NCBI GenBank assembly: GCA_038228545.1
Contig: JBBRPE010000002.1
Location: 88,426 to 148,505, forward strand
From: Minisyncoccia bacterium
Lineage (GTDB): Bacteria; Patescibacteriota; Minisyncoccia; Phycocordibacterales; Phycocordibacteraceae
Direction of reading: 5' to 3'
DNA: 60,080 bases
The notes under the pieces were generated by a model, which was not told the origin of the DNA, made no database searches, and saw only the letters and a program-made list of their open reading frames with translations. Shown here in pieces: positions 18,093 through 25,482 of this stretch. Positions within the stretch are counted from its first letter, which is position 1. Each line of letters begins with the position of its first letter. Both the position numbers and the translations under genes were made by a program.

Positions 18093-18243
18093 TCCCAGCA
18101 GGACCGCGATTACACTTATCGGTCATTACAAGACCAGTACACCGTGCGGATTTTGCTGCACAAAATACTCGCACGGTTTTCGATTCCTGCCCGTATGCCT
18201 CCCAGGCATACTTGGGAGCGCAGAGCAGACTACGTTTACTTTG
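18086..18243. repeat. tRNA-linked element A: distal direct copy and inverted copy of the tRNA-Arg(CCG) 3' end around a structured core
   Basis: TTTGTGCTCCCAGCAGGA occurs at 18086-18103 and again at 18240-18257, the real tRNA end. The inverted copy is TTCGATTCCTGC (18179-18190), a 22-nt hairpin (18191-18212), then TGGGAGC (18213-18219). The core holds an 8-bp stem ACCGTGCG/CGCACGGT. Confidence 0.7.
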
Positions 18244-18315
18244 TGCTCCCAGCAGGAATCGAACCTGCGTTTGCCCCTTCGGAGGGGGCTGTCCTATCCA
18301 CTGAACGACGGGAGC
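18244..18315 (-). tRNA. tRNA-Arg (anticodon CCG)
   Basis: Acceptor GCTCCCG/TGGGAGC, D arm GTTC..GGAC, anticodon stem GCCCC/GGGGC with loop CTCCGAA, T arm GCAGG-TTCGATT-CCTGC. Confidence 0.9.
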
Positions 18316-18396
18316 TTGCGCACACTTTATCAGGATTCCATGCTCTCGGTGGGAAGTTCAGCATTTCTAACCCACTTCGTTCCTAAGAAATTGCTG

Positions 18397-18553
18397 TCAC
18401 GCATCGGTCACAGATAATTTTCTGCTGAAAATTTCCGCGACCCCACCTCGGCGCCGTCGCGCCTCCGGCTTTCGATTTCCACCAGAGGTCGTCCCACAAC
18501 CTCTTCCGAGAGCACAAATGAAAGCACGCCCCGTCGGGGCGTGCTTTCATTTG
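18397..18553. repeat. tRNA-linked element C: inverted copy of the tRNA-Arg(GCG) 3' end plus boxes shared with elements A and B
   Basis: TTCGATTTCCACC (18471-18483), a 22-nt hairpin AGAGGT..ACCTCT (18484-18505), then CCGAGAGCA (18506-18514). A 57-nt palindrome (18506-18562) runs into the real tRNA end. Box TCACGCATCGGTCA lies at 18397-18410. Confidence 0.65.
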
Positions 18554-18625
18554 TGCTCTCGGTGGGAATCGAACCTACATTACCAGCTCCGCAAGCTAGC
18601 GTCCTATCCATTGAACGACGAGAGC
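18554..18625 (-). tRNA. tRNA-Arg (anticodon GCG)
   Basis: Acceptor GCTCTCG/CGAGAGC, D arm GTTC..GGAC, anticodon stem CTAGC/GCTGG with loop TTGCGGA, T arm GTAGG-TTCGATT-CCCAC (one mismatch). Confidence 0.82.
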
Positions 18626-18666
18626 GAACGTTGTTGACAATACCTTTCTAAGGGCTTATTCGCAAG

Positions 18667-19140
18667 CTACAGGCGAAGCATTTCGATAAGATGGTCAAAG
18701 ACTGATTCGTGATGTTTGCCCTCTGGAACCTGTGCGAGGAAGATTTCGTAAATCTGAACGGGGTCGTGATTCACAATCGGAATGACGAGGTGGGGAGCGA
18801 GGAGGTGTCGCGTCTTTATTGAAAGGGAAGGAGGCATCGTTTCGTCAGCATACTCAAGTACTGCGAACGAAAGCATATCGTCATAAATATACAGCGTCTG
18901 ATCAATTATCACGCCACGCTCGGTAATGGCGAAGTAATGTTCCCGTGGTCGCTTTGCTGCCTGCAGAGCAAGTGCAACGGCGCCGGTTGCAACGACAAGT
19001 GCAAGAATAAAGTTGTTAAATAGTATGCAGGCGATAACTGCAGCGGTCGCAATGATACCCAATGCCCAATACCAATCAGCACCTTTTTCTTCAAAGGCGT
19101 ATTCGTGTCCCTCCCACTCGAATATGACACCGCGCTGCAT
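18667..19140 (-). CDS. Hypothetical membrane protein (two TM helices plus a soluble C-terminal domain)
   Basis: ORF with WYWALGIIATAAVIACILFNNFILALVVATGAVALAL hydrophobic hairpin; no recognised motif. Confidence 0.55.
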   Translation of the reverse strand: MQRGVIFEWEGHEYAFEEKGADWYWALGIIATAAVIACILFNNFILALVVATGAVALALQAAKRPREHYFAITERGVIIDQTLYIYDDMLSFAVLEYADETMPPSLSIKTRHLLAPHLVIPIVNHDPVQIYEIFLAQVPEGKHHESVFDHLIEMLRL

Positions 19141-19207
19141 ATGTTTGAAACTATGATAGCATCACCATTCTCATATTTTAGAAGTAGTCGAGGCGTATAC
19201 TAATGAC

Positions 19208-19918
19208 ATGCTTGCACTCATAACTCTCGGTGCATTTCTTGCCACTCTCTGTGGGGGCATCTTCGCGCTCAAACTAAAGGACCGCCTTCATCTTATTCTT
19301 GGCTTTTCAGCAGGAGCCATCGTAGGCGTTGCGTTCTTCGATCTTCTTCCTGAAGCCCTCAAGCTTGCAACTCAAACTCATGAAATAAGCACCGTTCTTG
19401 CAATAACAGCCCTTGGTTTCGTTATCTATCTCATTTTGGACCGCCTCTTCTTCATGCACAGTCACGACGCTGACGATGAACATACTCATCGTGGTGGGTT
19501 TGGTGCAGGTAGTCTGTCGTTCCACAGTCTTCTCGACGGTATTGGCATCGGACTTGCGTTCCAAGTATCACCAACGGTCGGACTTATCGTTGCTGCAGCA
19601 GTACTTACTCATGACTTCTCTGACGGGATTAACACTGTGAACTTCATTCTTAAGAATGGGGGAGACCGGAAGCGTGCGTTCACCTGGCTTGTCGTTGATG
19701 CGCTTGCGCCGGTGGTTGGTGTGGTCTCGACTCTCTTCTTCCACGTGTCGGAGGATGTACTGGGTCTTCTTCTCGCACTTTTTGCAGGATTCTTCCTCTA
19801 TATCGGAGCGAGCGACCTCATTCCGGAAAGTCATCACGCACATCCGAAATGGATAACAACCGCAATGACGGCGCTTGGCGTTGCCACACTTTTCGTTGTT
19901 ATTCACTTCGCGATATAA
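19208..19918 (+). CDS. ZIP-family divalent metal transporter (ZupT-like)
   Basis: Multi-TM protein, His-rich loop HSHDADDEHTH, conserved HDFSDG and IPESHH motifs. Confidence 0.85.
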   Translation: MLALITLGAFLATLCGGIFALKLKDRLHLILGFSAGAIVGVAFFDLLPEALKLATQTHEISTVLAITALGFVIYLILDRLFFMHSHDADDEHTHRGGFGAGSLSFHSLLDGIGIGLAFQVSPTVGLIVAAAVLTHDFSDGINTVNFILKNGGDRKRAFTWLVVDALAPVVGVVSTLFFHVSEDVLGLLLALFAGFFLYIGASDLIPESHHAHPKWITTAMTALGVATLFVVIHFAI

Positions 19919-19988
19919 CTCACGTATATAAAGAAACGCCTCGCGTAGCTGTAGCAAAAAAGACCCAACGGGTCTCTTTTGACATCTG

Positions 19989-20073
19989 CGGAGGAGGTGA
20001 GATTCGAACTCACGGTGACTTTCGCCACGGCGCATTTCAAGTGCGCTGGAATAAACCACTATCCGACTCCTCC
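19989..20073 (-). tRNA. tRNA-Ser (anticodon TGA), class II with long variable arm
   Basis: Acceptor GGAGGAG/CTCCTCC, anticodon stem GCGCA/TGCGC with loop CTTGAAA, variable arm CGTGGCGAAAGTCACCG, T arm GTGAG-TTCGAAT-CTCAC. Bidirectional terminator AGACCC-AAC-GGGTCT at about 19955-19980. Confidence 0.9.
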
Positions 20074-20553
20074 CTAATTAAGCACCTTACTACTGAGCCA
20101 GCTTTTTTCTAAGTAATGCTCCTCGTAGTGGCAGTTCGGACAAATAAGCTCAAGATTTGAGTACTCATTGTTGCCATGATTACGATCCTTGTGGTGGACA
20201 TGCAATATTTCAACTTTGTCATAACAACATCTTTCGCATTTAGAGCCGCGTAATCCAATAACACGTAACTTAATTGCTCTCCCATCCATGACCTTATCTT
20301 TTGGTCGCCCGATTTTGTACTTGATACCGGCACGGTGGGCATTTGCACAGACTCGGCTACAGGTTTTCTTGTTGGCACTCGCAAGTATGGGTTTCTCGCA
20401 AACAACACAAGGGGTCTCTCTACGATTTGCTAGGCCGAAACAAGCCTGACTACAGAAAACTCGACCGGAACGTATTTCGCTAGGGCGTCGATATATGTCC
20501 CATTTGCAGGCCGCACAAACAGTGTTTGGCTTTCTTTTGTGTGATTCCGACAC
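20074..20553 (-). CDS. HNH endonuclease with Cys-rich N-terminal zinc-ribbon-like region
   Basis: C-terminal HVHHKDRNHGNNEYSNLELICPNCHYEEH (H-N-H with CxxC); multiple CxxC pairs at the N-terminus. Visibly lower G+C than neighbours. Stop codon 20074-20076 directly abuts tRNA-Ser nucleotide 1. Confidence 0.85.
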   Translation of the reverse strand: MSESHKRKPNTVCAACKWDIYRRPSEIRSGRVFCSQACFGLANRRETPCVVCEKPILASANKKTCSRVCANAHRAGIKYKIGRPKDKVMDGRAIKLRVIGLRGSKCERCCYDKVEILHVHHKDRNHGNNEYSNLELICPNCHYEEHYLEKSWLSSKVLN

Positions 20554-20573
20554 TCACCCAGTATACCACTAAG

Positions 20574-20849
20574 CTATGCTTCCAGTTGTGACGACGGTGC
20601 AGGCACCGGAGCTGGAGCAGTCGTCGTGGACTCTTTAGAGAACCAAATGAGGTACACCAACTCCGGAATCCCGAGTGCGTTCACAATCAATATGAACACG
20701 AACCACGCTTTGTGCCCGTTGCGAGCCGCTTTCCAGAGTGCTAAACCCTTTATCACCAAGCTCCATATGACCGCGAGGCCGAGAACCGGAAAGAGTAGGG
20801 GGCCAAGTACTGCGAGAAACGGAAGGGATGAAGGGTCGTTCATGTACAT
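20574..20849 (-). CDS. Small membrane protein (two TM helices)
   Basis: 91 aa, ..LALWKAARNGHKAWFVFILIVNALGIPELVYLIWF..; pattern common in small-genome bacteria. Function unknown. Confidence 0.6.
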   Translation of the reverse strand: MYMNDPSSLPFLAVLGPLLFPVLGLAVIWSLVIKGLALWKAARNGHKAWFVFILIVNALGIPELVYLIWFSKESTTTAPAPVPAPSSQLEA

Positions 20850-20895
20850 GGGCGCGAGTATAGCATGCGAGGGTGGAGCCGTGTAGGATGCAGAT

Positions 20896-21303
20896 ATGCG
20901 TTACATGGGAATCGACTACGGAACTAAGAAAGTAGGCCTCGCTTTTTCTGATGAAGCGGGAACCATGGGTTTTCCATTCGATATTGTCCTAAACGATGCG
21001 AAACTTTCAGACGCCCTCTCACTATTGGTCGAGGATCAGCATATCGATGGCATTGTCATTGGCGAGTCCCGAGACTTCCAAGGAAATTTGAATCCAGTTG
21101 CGAATGCGGCACGCGCTCTTGGTGATGAACTCCTCGAACGCACGGGCGTACCCGTGGCCTATGAGCCTGAAATGCTCACCACACAAGAAGCACGACGGGA
21201 CTTCGAGGGTGTTCATTCGCATAAGCGTGGAGATGTAGATTCTTCAGCCGCCGCTCTCATACTTACCAGCTACCTCACCCGTCATGGACAAGGAACGCAT
21301 TAA
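20896..21303 (+). CDS. ruvX: Putative pre-16S rRNA nuclease / Holliday junction resolvase-like YqgF (RuvX)
   Basis: MRYMGIDYGTKKVGLAFSD N-terminus, 135 aa, C-terminal D..SAA.IL. Confidence 0.88.
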   Translation: MRYMGIDYGTKKVGLAFSDEAGTMGFPFDIVLNDAKLSDALSLLVEDQHIDGIVIGESRDFQGNLNPVANAARALGDELLERTGVPVAYEPEMLTTQEARRDFEGVHSHKRGDVDSSAAALILTSYLTRHGQGTH

Positions 21304-21625
21304 CATCGACGATTTCTCGAAAATAGAAGTGAAAGTCGGAACGGTGCGCTCTGCCGAACGCGTGCCCGACAGTAACAAACTTCTACGACTCGTTGTAGAT
21401 TTTGGCGAAGAAGCAGGACCACGACAAATTGTTTCTGGTATAGCGAAGTACGTCGAGGACCCTGTTTCTCTTATTGAGAAACAGTTAGCATTCGTTACCA
21501 ACCTTGAGCCGCGCTCACTCGCCGGTCTTGAAAGCAACGGCATGTTGTTTGCGGTAGGGGATGCAGACTCGTTTGCATTTTTAACACCTGATCGCCCGGT
21601 TCCGCCGGGAACCCCGGCACATTAG
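21284..21625 (+). CDS. Stand-alone tRNA-binding domain protein (CsaA/Trbp111-like)
   Basis: IDDFSKIEVKVGTV..AERVPDSNKLLRLVVDFGEE.GPRQIVSGIAKYV..SNGMLFA; resembles the C-terminal domain of long MetRS. Confidence 0.82.
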   Translation: MDKERINIDDFSKIEVKVGTVRSAERVPDSNKLLRLVVDFGEEAGPRQIVSGIAKYVEDPVSLIEKQLAFVTNLEPRSLAGLESNGMLFAVGDADSFAFLTPDRPVPPGTPAH

Positions 21626-21689
21626 TATTCACGTCTACGGAGCGATATCTGCATATACGTACAGGTGCGTCGCGCTATACTTCTAACAA

Positions 21690-22775
21690 ATGGAAGGAGT
21701 GTTTAAACGATTCTTGCGTGCAGAGTTTGCGGCACCGAAATACCTTTCGCTGCCCACTGCTGGCATTGATATATCGAGTAGTGGCATAAAGATCGCTTGC
21801 CTTACGGAAAAAGCGCATGGTCTCGAACTCACTAATTACGGAGAAGAGGCTTTGCCTGAAGGAGCTATTGTGGGTGGCGAGATTACTGACAGCACGGCAA
21901 TCGTTGCGGTACTTAAAGAGATTGCGAGGAAGTATGGCGTACGGACGGCAAACATAACACTCCCCGAAGCCCGTAGTTATTTGTTTGAGGCTGATGTGTC
22001 AGGCAAAACTCCGAAGGAATGGCGTACGGGTGTTGAACAGCACCTCGATGAGTACGTTCCGCTTCCTCCTGCCGAGGTTATCTTCGATATCGTTCCGATG
22101 CTTGCCACAGCTGAATCCGTGCACGTTGCGGGCGTTGGTGTCGCCCGTCGGGTGGTGGATCTCGCACTCTCCGTTTTTGATGACGCTGGCATACGTGTCC
22201 GCACTGTGGAAGGTGAAACCTTTGCGGTACCACGTGCACTCCTCCCGCACGGAGATACTGAAACAGTACTCATCATTGATGTAGGTAAGACCACCACAAA
22301 GTTGGTAATTGTTTCTCGCCGTATTCCAATATTCGCAACCACGCTCGATATTGGAGGGCATGCGCTCACGGTTGCGGTGCAGAAATATTTTAATGTCTCA
22401 GAAGAGGAGGCAAAGAAAGTGAAGGCAGAGCGAGGACTTGTTGCGGGAGACGAAAATGCAGAATATTTGGCAGCAATGCTTTCTACTGTTTCCGTCATAC
22501 GCGAGGAAATTGTGAAGCGTCTTGAGTATTGGCAGGGTCGCGCTACCGCCGGCACAGCACATGAGGCGGTCACCCGAGCGATTCTTGTGGGTGGTAACGC
22601 AACCGTCCGCGGACTTCCAGAATATCTTGAAACGTCCCTTAAGGTGCCTGTTGAACTTGGAGATGTGTTTACCAATCTCGCAAAACGTAGTGATTGGCTT
22701 CCACCAGTTGATTACATGGAGTCGCTCGCATACGCGACAGCGATAGGTCTCGCTCTACGTGAATATGTCCCTTAA
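21690..22775 (+). CDS. pilM: Type IV pilus assembly protein PilM (actin-like ATPase fold)
   Basis: GIDISSSGIKIA.., IIDVGKTTTKL, GGNATVRGLPEYLE; 361 aa, followed by pilN/pilO-like genes. Confidence 0.85.
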   Translation: MEGVFKRFLRAEFAAPKYLSLPTAGIDISSSGIKIACLTEKAHGLELTNYGEEALPEGAIVGGEITDSTAIVAVLKEIARKYGVRTANITLPEARSYLFEADVSGKTPKEWRTGVEQHLDEYVPLPPAEVIFDIVPMLATAESVHVAGVGVARRVVDLALSVFDDAGIRVRTVEGETFAVPRALLPHGDTETVLIIDVGKTTTKLVIVSRRIPIFATTLDIGGHALTVAVQKYFNVSEEEAKKVKAERGLVAGDENAEYLAAMLSTVSVIREEIVKRLEYWQGRATAGTAHEAVTRAILVGGNATVRGLPEYLETSLKVPVELGDVFTNLAKRSDWLPPVDYMESLAYATAIGLALREYVP

Positions 22776-23340
22776 TCGTATGCATCCCGAACTCACCAAT
22801 CTCCTTCCACCCGAGCGTACCAACGGCCTTAAGCGTGAGTACTTTGTACGCTTGGCGACTGTCGCCGTGTTCGCGCTGGCAGCGGTTACGCTCGGGAGTG
22901 GCGCACTTCTCATACCTTCCTATTTGTATACCGGCCAGCAAATACAGCTTCGCAATTCAAGTATTTCTGATCTCGACAGCAAACTTGCCGCTTCACAAGG
23001 AAAGGAAGCCAGTGCGCGCCTGACAACCCTCACTGCTTCGGCACTGTATCTTTCGCGACTCGGCTCAACAACAACTGCCACGGGGGCACTCCGAGGAGTC
23101 TTGAGTGCTCCACGCACAGGTATTTCACTCTCCGTATTTACGTTCACTCCGCCCACTAATGGAAATGTTGGCCGAATGACAGTCGGTGGCATTGCTGCAT
23201 CCCGCGAGTCTCTTCGGGCATATACTAGTGCACTCACCACGCTTCCATTTGTAAGCTCCGTTGATTTGCCGATAAGTGCGTATGCCCAGGAGAGTCAGAT
23301 ACCCTTCGTAATCACGCTTACGGGCACCCTTGCACCATGA
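22759..23340 (+). CDS. pilN: PilN-like type IV pilus inner-membrane component
   Basis: N-terminal ..TNLLPPERTNGLKREYFVR.. followed by one TM helix, the typical PilN/fimbrial assembly pattern. Overlaps the pilM stop. Confidence 0.6.
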   Translation: MNMSLNRMHPELTNLLPPERTNGLKREYFVRLATVAVFALAAVTLGSGALLIPSYLYTGQQIQLRNSSISDLDSKLAASQGKEASARLTTLTASALYLSRLGSTTTATGALRGVLSAPRTGISLSVFTFTPPTNGNVGRMTVGGIAASRESLRAYTSALTTLPFVSSVDLPISAYAQESQIPFVITLTGTLAP

Positions 23341-23873
23341 AGAACAACTCACTCATCTCGCTGGCAGCTACTACGCTTCTCCTCGTCGTGAGCGGAGGAT
23401 TGTACGGATTCGGTTATTACGTGCTCACAAGCTCGACGGCAAAATCAGCAAATCTACAAACCCAGATAGATGCGAAGACCGTAGAGCTTGATCGGGCAAC
23501 TCGAGCGCACGTGGAGCTTACTACTCTCACGGCGGATGAAGATGCACTCAATCAGTACTCGATACAGAAAAGCGACGTCGTGCCATTTCTCGAGACCCTT
23601 CAGTCCACCGGGAAGCCACTCGGTTCAGTTGTTAAAGTATTGTCTGTTGGCGATCAAAATACTGACGGTCACAGCCGCATCTTGTTGTCACTTTCTATAT
23701 CTGGTTCGTTCGATTCTGTAATGCGAACACTCGGAGCTATCGAATATGGTCCGTATGATGGAGTAGTAAGTTCCGTTGCTCTCGATACTGCAAAGCTTCC
23801 AACTGGGAATGTTTGGACCGCAGCGGTGCTCTATTCGGTAGGAGTTCAATCAGCTACCTCTACAAAACCATGA
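23337..23873 (+). CDS. PilO-like bitopic membrane protein
   Basis: One N-terminal TM, a coiled-coil segment, then a small domain. Position after pilM/pilN, with ATGA overlap. Confidence 0.45.
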   Translation: MKNNSLISLAATTLLLVVSGGLYGFGYYVLTSSTAKSANLQTQIDAKTVELDRATRAHVELTTLTADEDALNQYSIQKSDVVPFLETLQSTGKPLGSVVKVLSVGDQNTDGHSRILLSLSISGSFDSVMRTLGAIEYGPYDGVVSSVALDTAKLPTGNVWTAAVLYSVGVQSATSTKP

Positions 23874-24181
23874 ACCTTGCTTCTCTCACCACATTTCTTA
23901 AAAAATACCTACGAATGTTTTCGTATGGGGATCGTGTGCGACCGCAACGAGATTGGCTTATCCTCATGATGATAATGCTTGGCATTCTTGCGGTCAGTGC
24001 TGGATGGAGCTATTGGCTGTTCGAGCACATAAGTTCGGGTGAAGCAGAGTCACAATCAGCAACACCTGCAACATCCGTGAAAGCGGTATCACTCGACACC
24101 GTTCGCACTGTGTTTGATGCAAGAGCAATTGAGCACACGCACTACCTCAGTGACTACCACTTCGTTGACCCATCGAAGTAG
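23870..24181 (+). CDS. Hypothetical bitopic membrane protein, last gene of the pilMNO-like operon
   Basis: Start at MNLASLTTFLKK (ATGA overlap with the previous stop); TM helix WLILMMIMLGILAVSAGWSYWLF. Confidence 0.45.
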   Translation: MNLASLTTFLKKYLRMFSYGDRVRPQRDWLILMMIMLGILAVSAGWSYWLFEHISSGEAESQSATPATSVKAVSLDTVRTVFDARAIEHTHYLSDYHFVDPSK

Positions 24182-24199
24182 GGGAGCTAGGGTAGGTAT

Positions 24200-24271
24200 G
24201 CCCCTGTAGTTAAATGGATATAACTGCGGACTTCTAAGCCGTTATTCTAGGTTCGATTCCTGGCAGGGGCA
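24200..24271 (+). tRNA. tRNA-Arg (anticodon TCT)
   Basis: Acceptor GCCCCTG/CAGGGGC, D arm GTTA..TAAC, anticodon loop CTTCTAA (stem has one A-G mismatch), T arm CTAGG-TTCGATT-CCTGG. Confidence 0.8.
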
Positions 24272-24353
24272 CACGCTAGTGAGAGAGACTGAGAGTCCTA
24301 AAAGTAGACAGATCGCTTTCAATCCTACTTAGATTAAGCTAATATGGCTAGAC

Positions 24354-24791
24354 ATGGATTCACAAATTACTTTCCAAAAACTGAGTATTCCATTTGAGGC
24401 TGAACCAAATGTAGCAGTACCACAGGTTGAGGTTTTGAATGATAATTTGGTACTGAGCTTTACCACAAAAGATTCAGATACTGCCGGACGAATAACTTTC
24501 ATTAAACCCCTCATCTATCGAGTAGGTGCTCCAAACGATGAAGGATTCTACGGTTTTGGTTTTGATCCGAGAATTAAAAACGATAGTATCTATTCGAGAA
24601 AGAATTTTCCAAATTTAGATTTTGGCGACTTTCATCAAATCACTGGTGTTGATTGGAAAAGTAACTTACTCGGAGAAGGCACAAAGATCTTGGATGAAAA
24701 ATATACAGAGAAAGAAGGTTTCTCACATTATGTTTTCTTCATGAAAGATGGAACTTTTGAGTGTGTGGCAAAAAGTTGGAAAGTAGAATAA
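24354..24791 (+). CDS. Orphan hypothetical protein in an AT-rich islet between tRNA genes
   Basis: 145-aa ORF, no signal peptide, no recognised motif. Composition is visibly much more A+T-rich than the flanks. Confidence 0.55.
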   Translation: MDSQITFQKLSIPFEAEPNVAVPQVEVLNDNLVLSFTTKDSDTAGRITFIKPLIYRVGAPNDEGFYGFGFDPRIKNDSIYSRKNFPNLDFGDFHQITGVDWKSNLLGEGTKILDEKYTEKEGFSHYVFFMKDGTFECVAKSWKVE

Positions 24792-24927
24792 TCCCCCGAC
24801 CGAGGTGCCTTGATTTGATTATTTGAAATTACCAAAGGAACCCTTACGGGGTCTCACTTCACATTTTCCGAGACCTTGAGGGGGCACATGTATGGAATTT
24901 TCCGGTGGTGATACAGTCATAGTCATT

Positions 24928-25013
24928 GCCCGGGTGGCGAAATTGGTAGACGCGCTACGTTCAGGTCGTAGAACTCGTAAGGGTGTGGAGGTTCGAGTCC
25001 TCTCCCGGGCACC
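24928..25013 (+). tRNA. tRNA-Leu (anticodon CAG), the only tRNA here with encoded CCA
   Basis: Acceptor GCCCGGG/CCCGGGC, anticodon stem CTACG/CGTAG with loop TTCAGGT, long variable arm, T arm GGAGG-TTCGAGT-CCTCT, then ACCA. Confidence 0.9.
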
Positions 25014-25050
25014 AAAGAAAAGACCGAATGCTTGGCATTCGGTTTTTTCT
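25014..25050. terminator. Bidirectional terminator between convergent tRNA-Leu and tRNA-Val
   Basis: AAAGAAAAG-ACCGAATGC-TTG-GCATTCGGT-TTTTTCTTT. Confidence 0.8.
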
Positions 25051-25059
25051 TTGAAACGG

Positions 25060-25132
25060 TGGGCGCTGGAGGGCTCGAACCCCCGACATCTTCAGTGTAA
25101 ATGAAGCGCTCTACCAACTGAGCTAAGCGCCC
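25060..25132 (-). tRNA. tRNA-Val (anticodon TAC)
   Basis: Acceptor GGGCGCT/AGCGCCC, D arm GCTC..GAGC, anticodon stem CTTCA/TGAAG with loop TTTACAC, T arm GGGGG-TTCGAGC-CCTCC. Confidence 0.9.
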
Positions 25133-25203
25133 GTGGGGCCACTATACCGCATTCGGATTATTTATAAAGTAACCTCTCCGCGGTATGCTTTGTTTTCATA
25201 GAT

Positions 25204-25482
25204 ATGAACGAACGGCTTTTTGCTATTGTTTCCGGCCGGGTCCAGATGGTTATGTTCCGTGACTTTACACAGAGGAAGGGAAGCTCGCTCAAACTCACCG
25301 GACAGGTCCGAAATTTGGCTGACGGAACAGTCGAAGTACTGGCAGAAGGCTCACGTGCTTCACTTGAAGAACTGCTCGCAAAGCTTCACAAAGGTCCGCT
25401 CTTGGCGCATGTTGAGGGAGTAACGGCATCCTGGCTTCCGGCGACCAAAGAATTTACTAAGTTCAAAATCTCCTATGAATAA
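25204..25482 (+). CDS. acyP: Acylphosphatase
   Basis: 92 aa, VSGRVQMVMFRDFT...GQVRNLADGTVEVLAEG signature. Confidence 0.88.
   Translation: MNERLFAIVSGRVQMVMFRDFTQRKGSSLKLTGQVRNLADGTVEVLAEGSRASLEELLAKLHKGPLLAHVEGVTASWLPATKEFTKFKISYE

Noticed and set aside
18091-18220. Possible extra tRNA (or intron-containing tRNA) downstream of tRNA-Arg(CCG). Acceptor-like GCTCCCA/TGGGAGC ends, a D-arm-like hairpin, and a GGTC-TTGTAAT-GACC arm that could present a GTA (minus strand) or TAC (plus strand) anticodon.
   Set aside because: No canonical cloverleaf can be drawn on either strand. There is no proper T arm with a 7-nt loop, U33 context and spacing are wrong, and 60-70 nt of extra hairpins remain. It is better described as inverted and direct copies of the neighbouring tRNA's 3' end (see findings).
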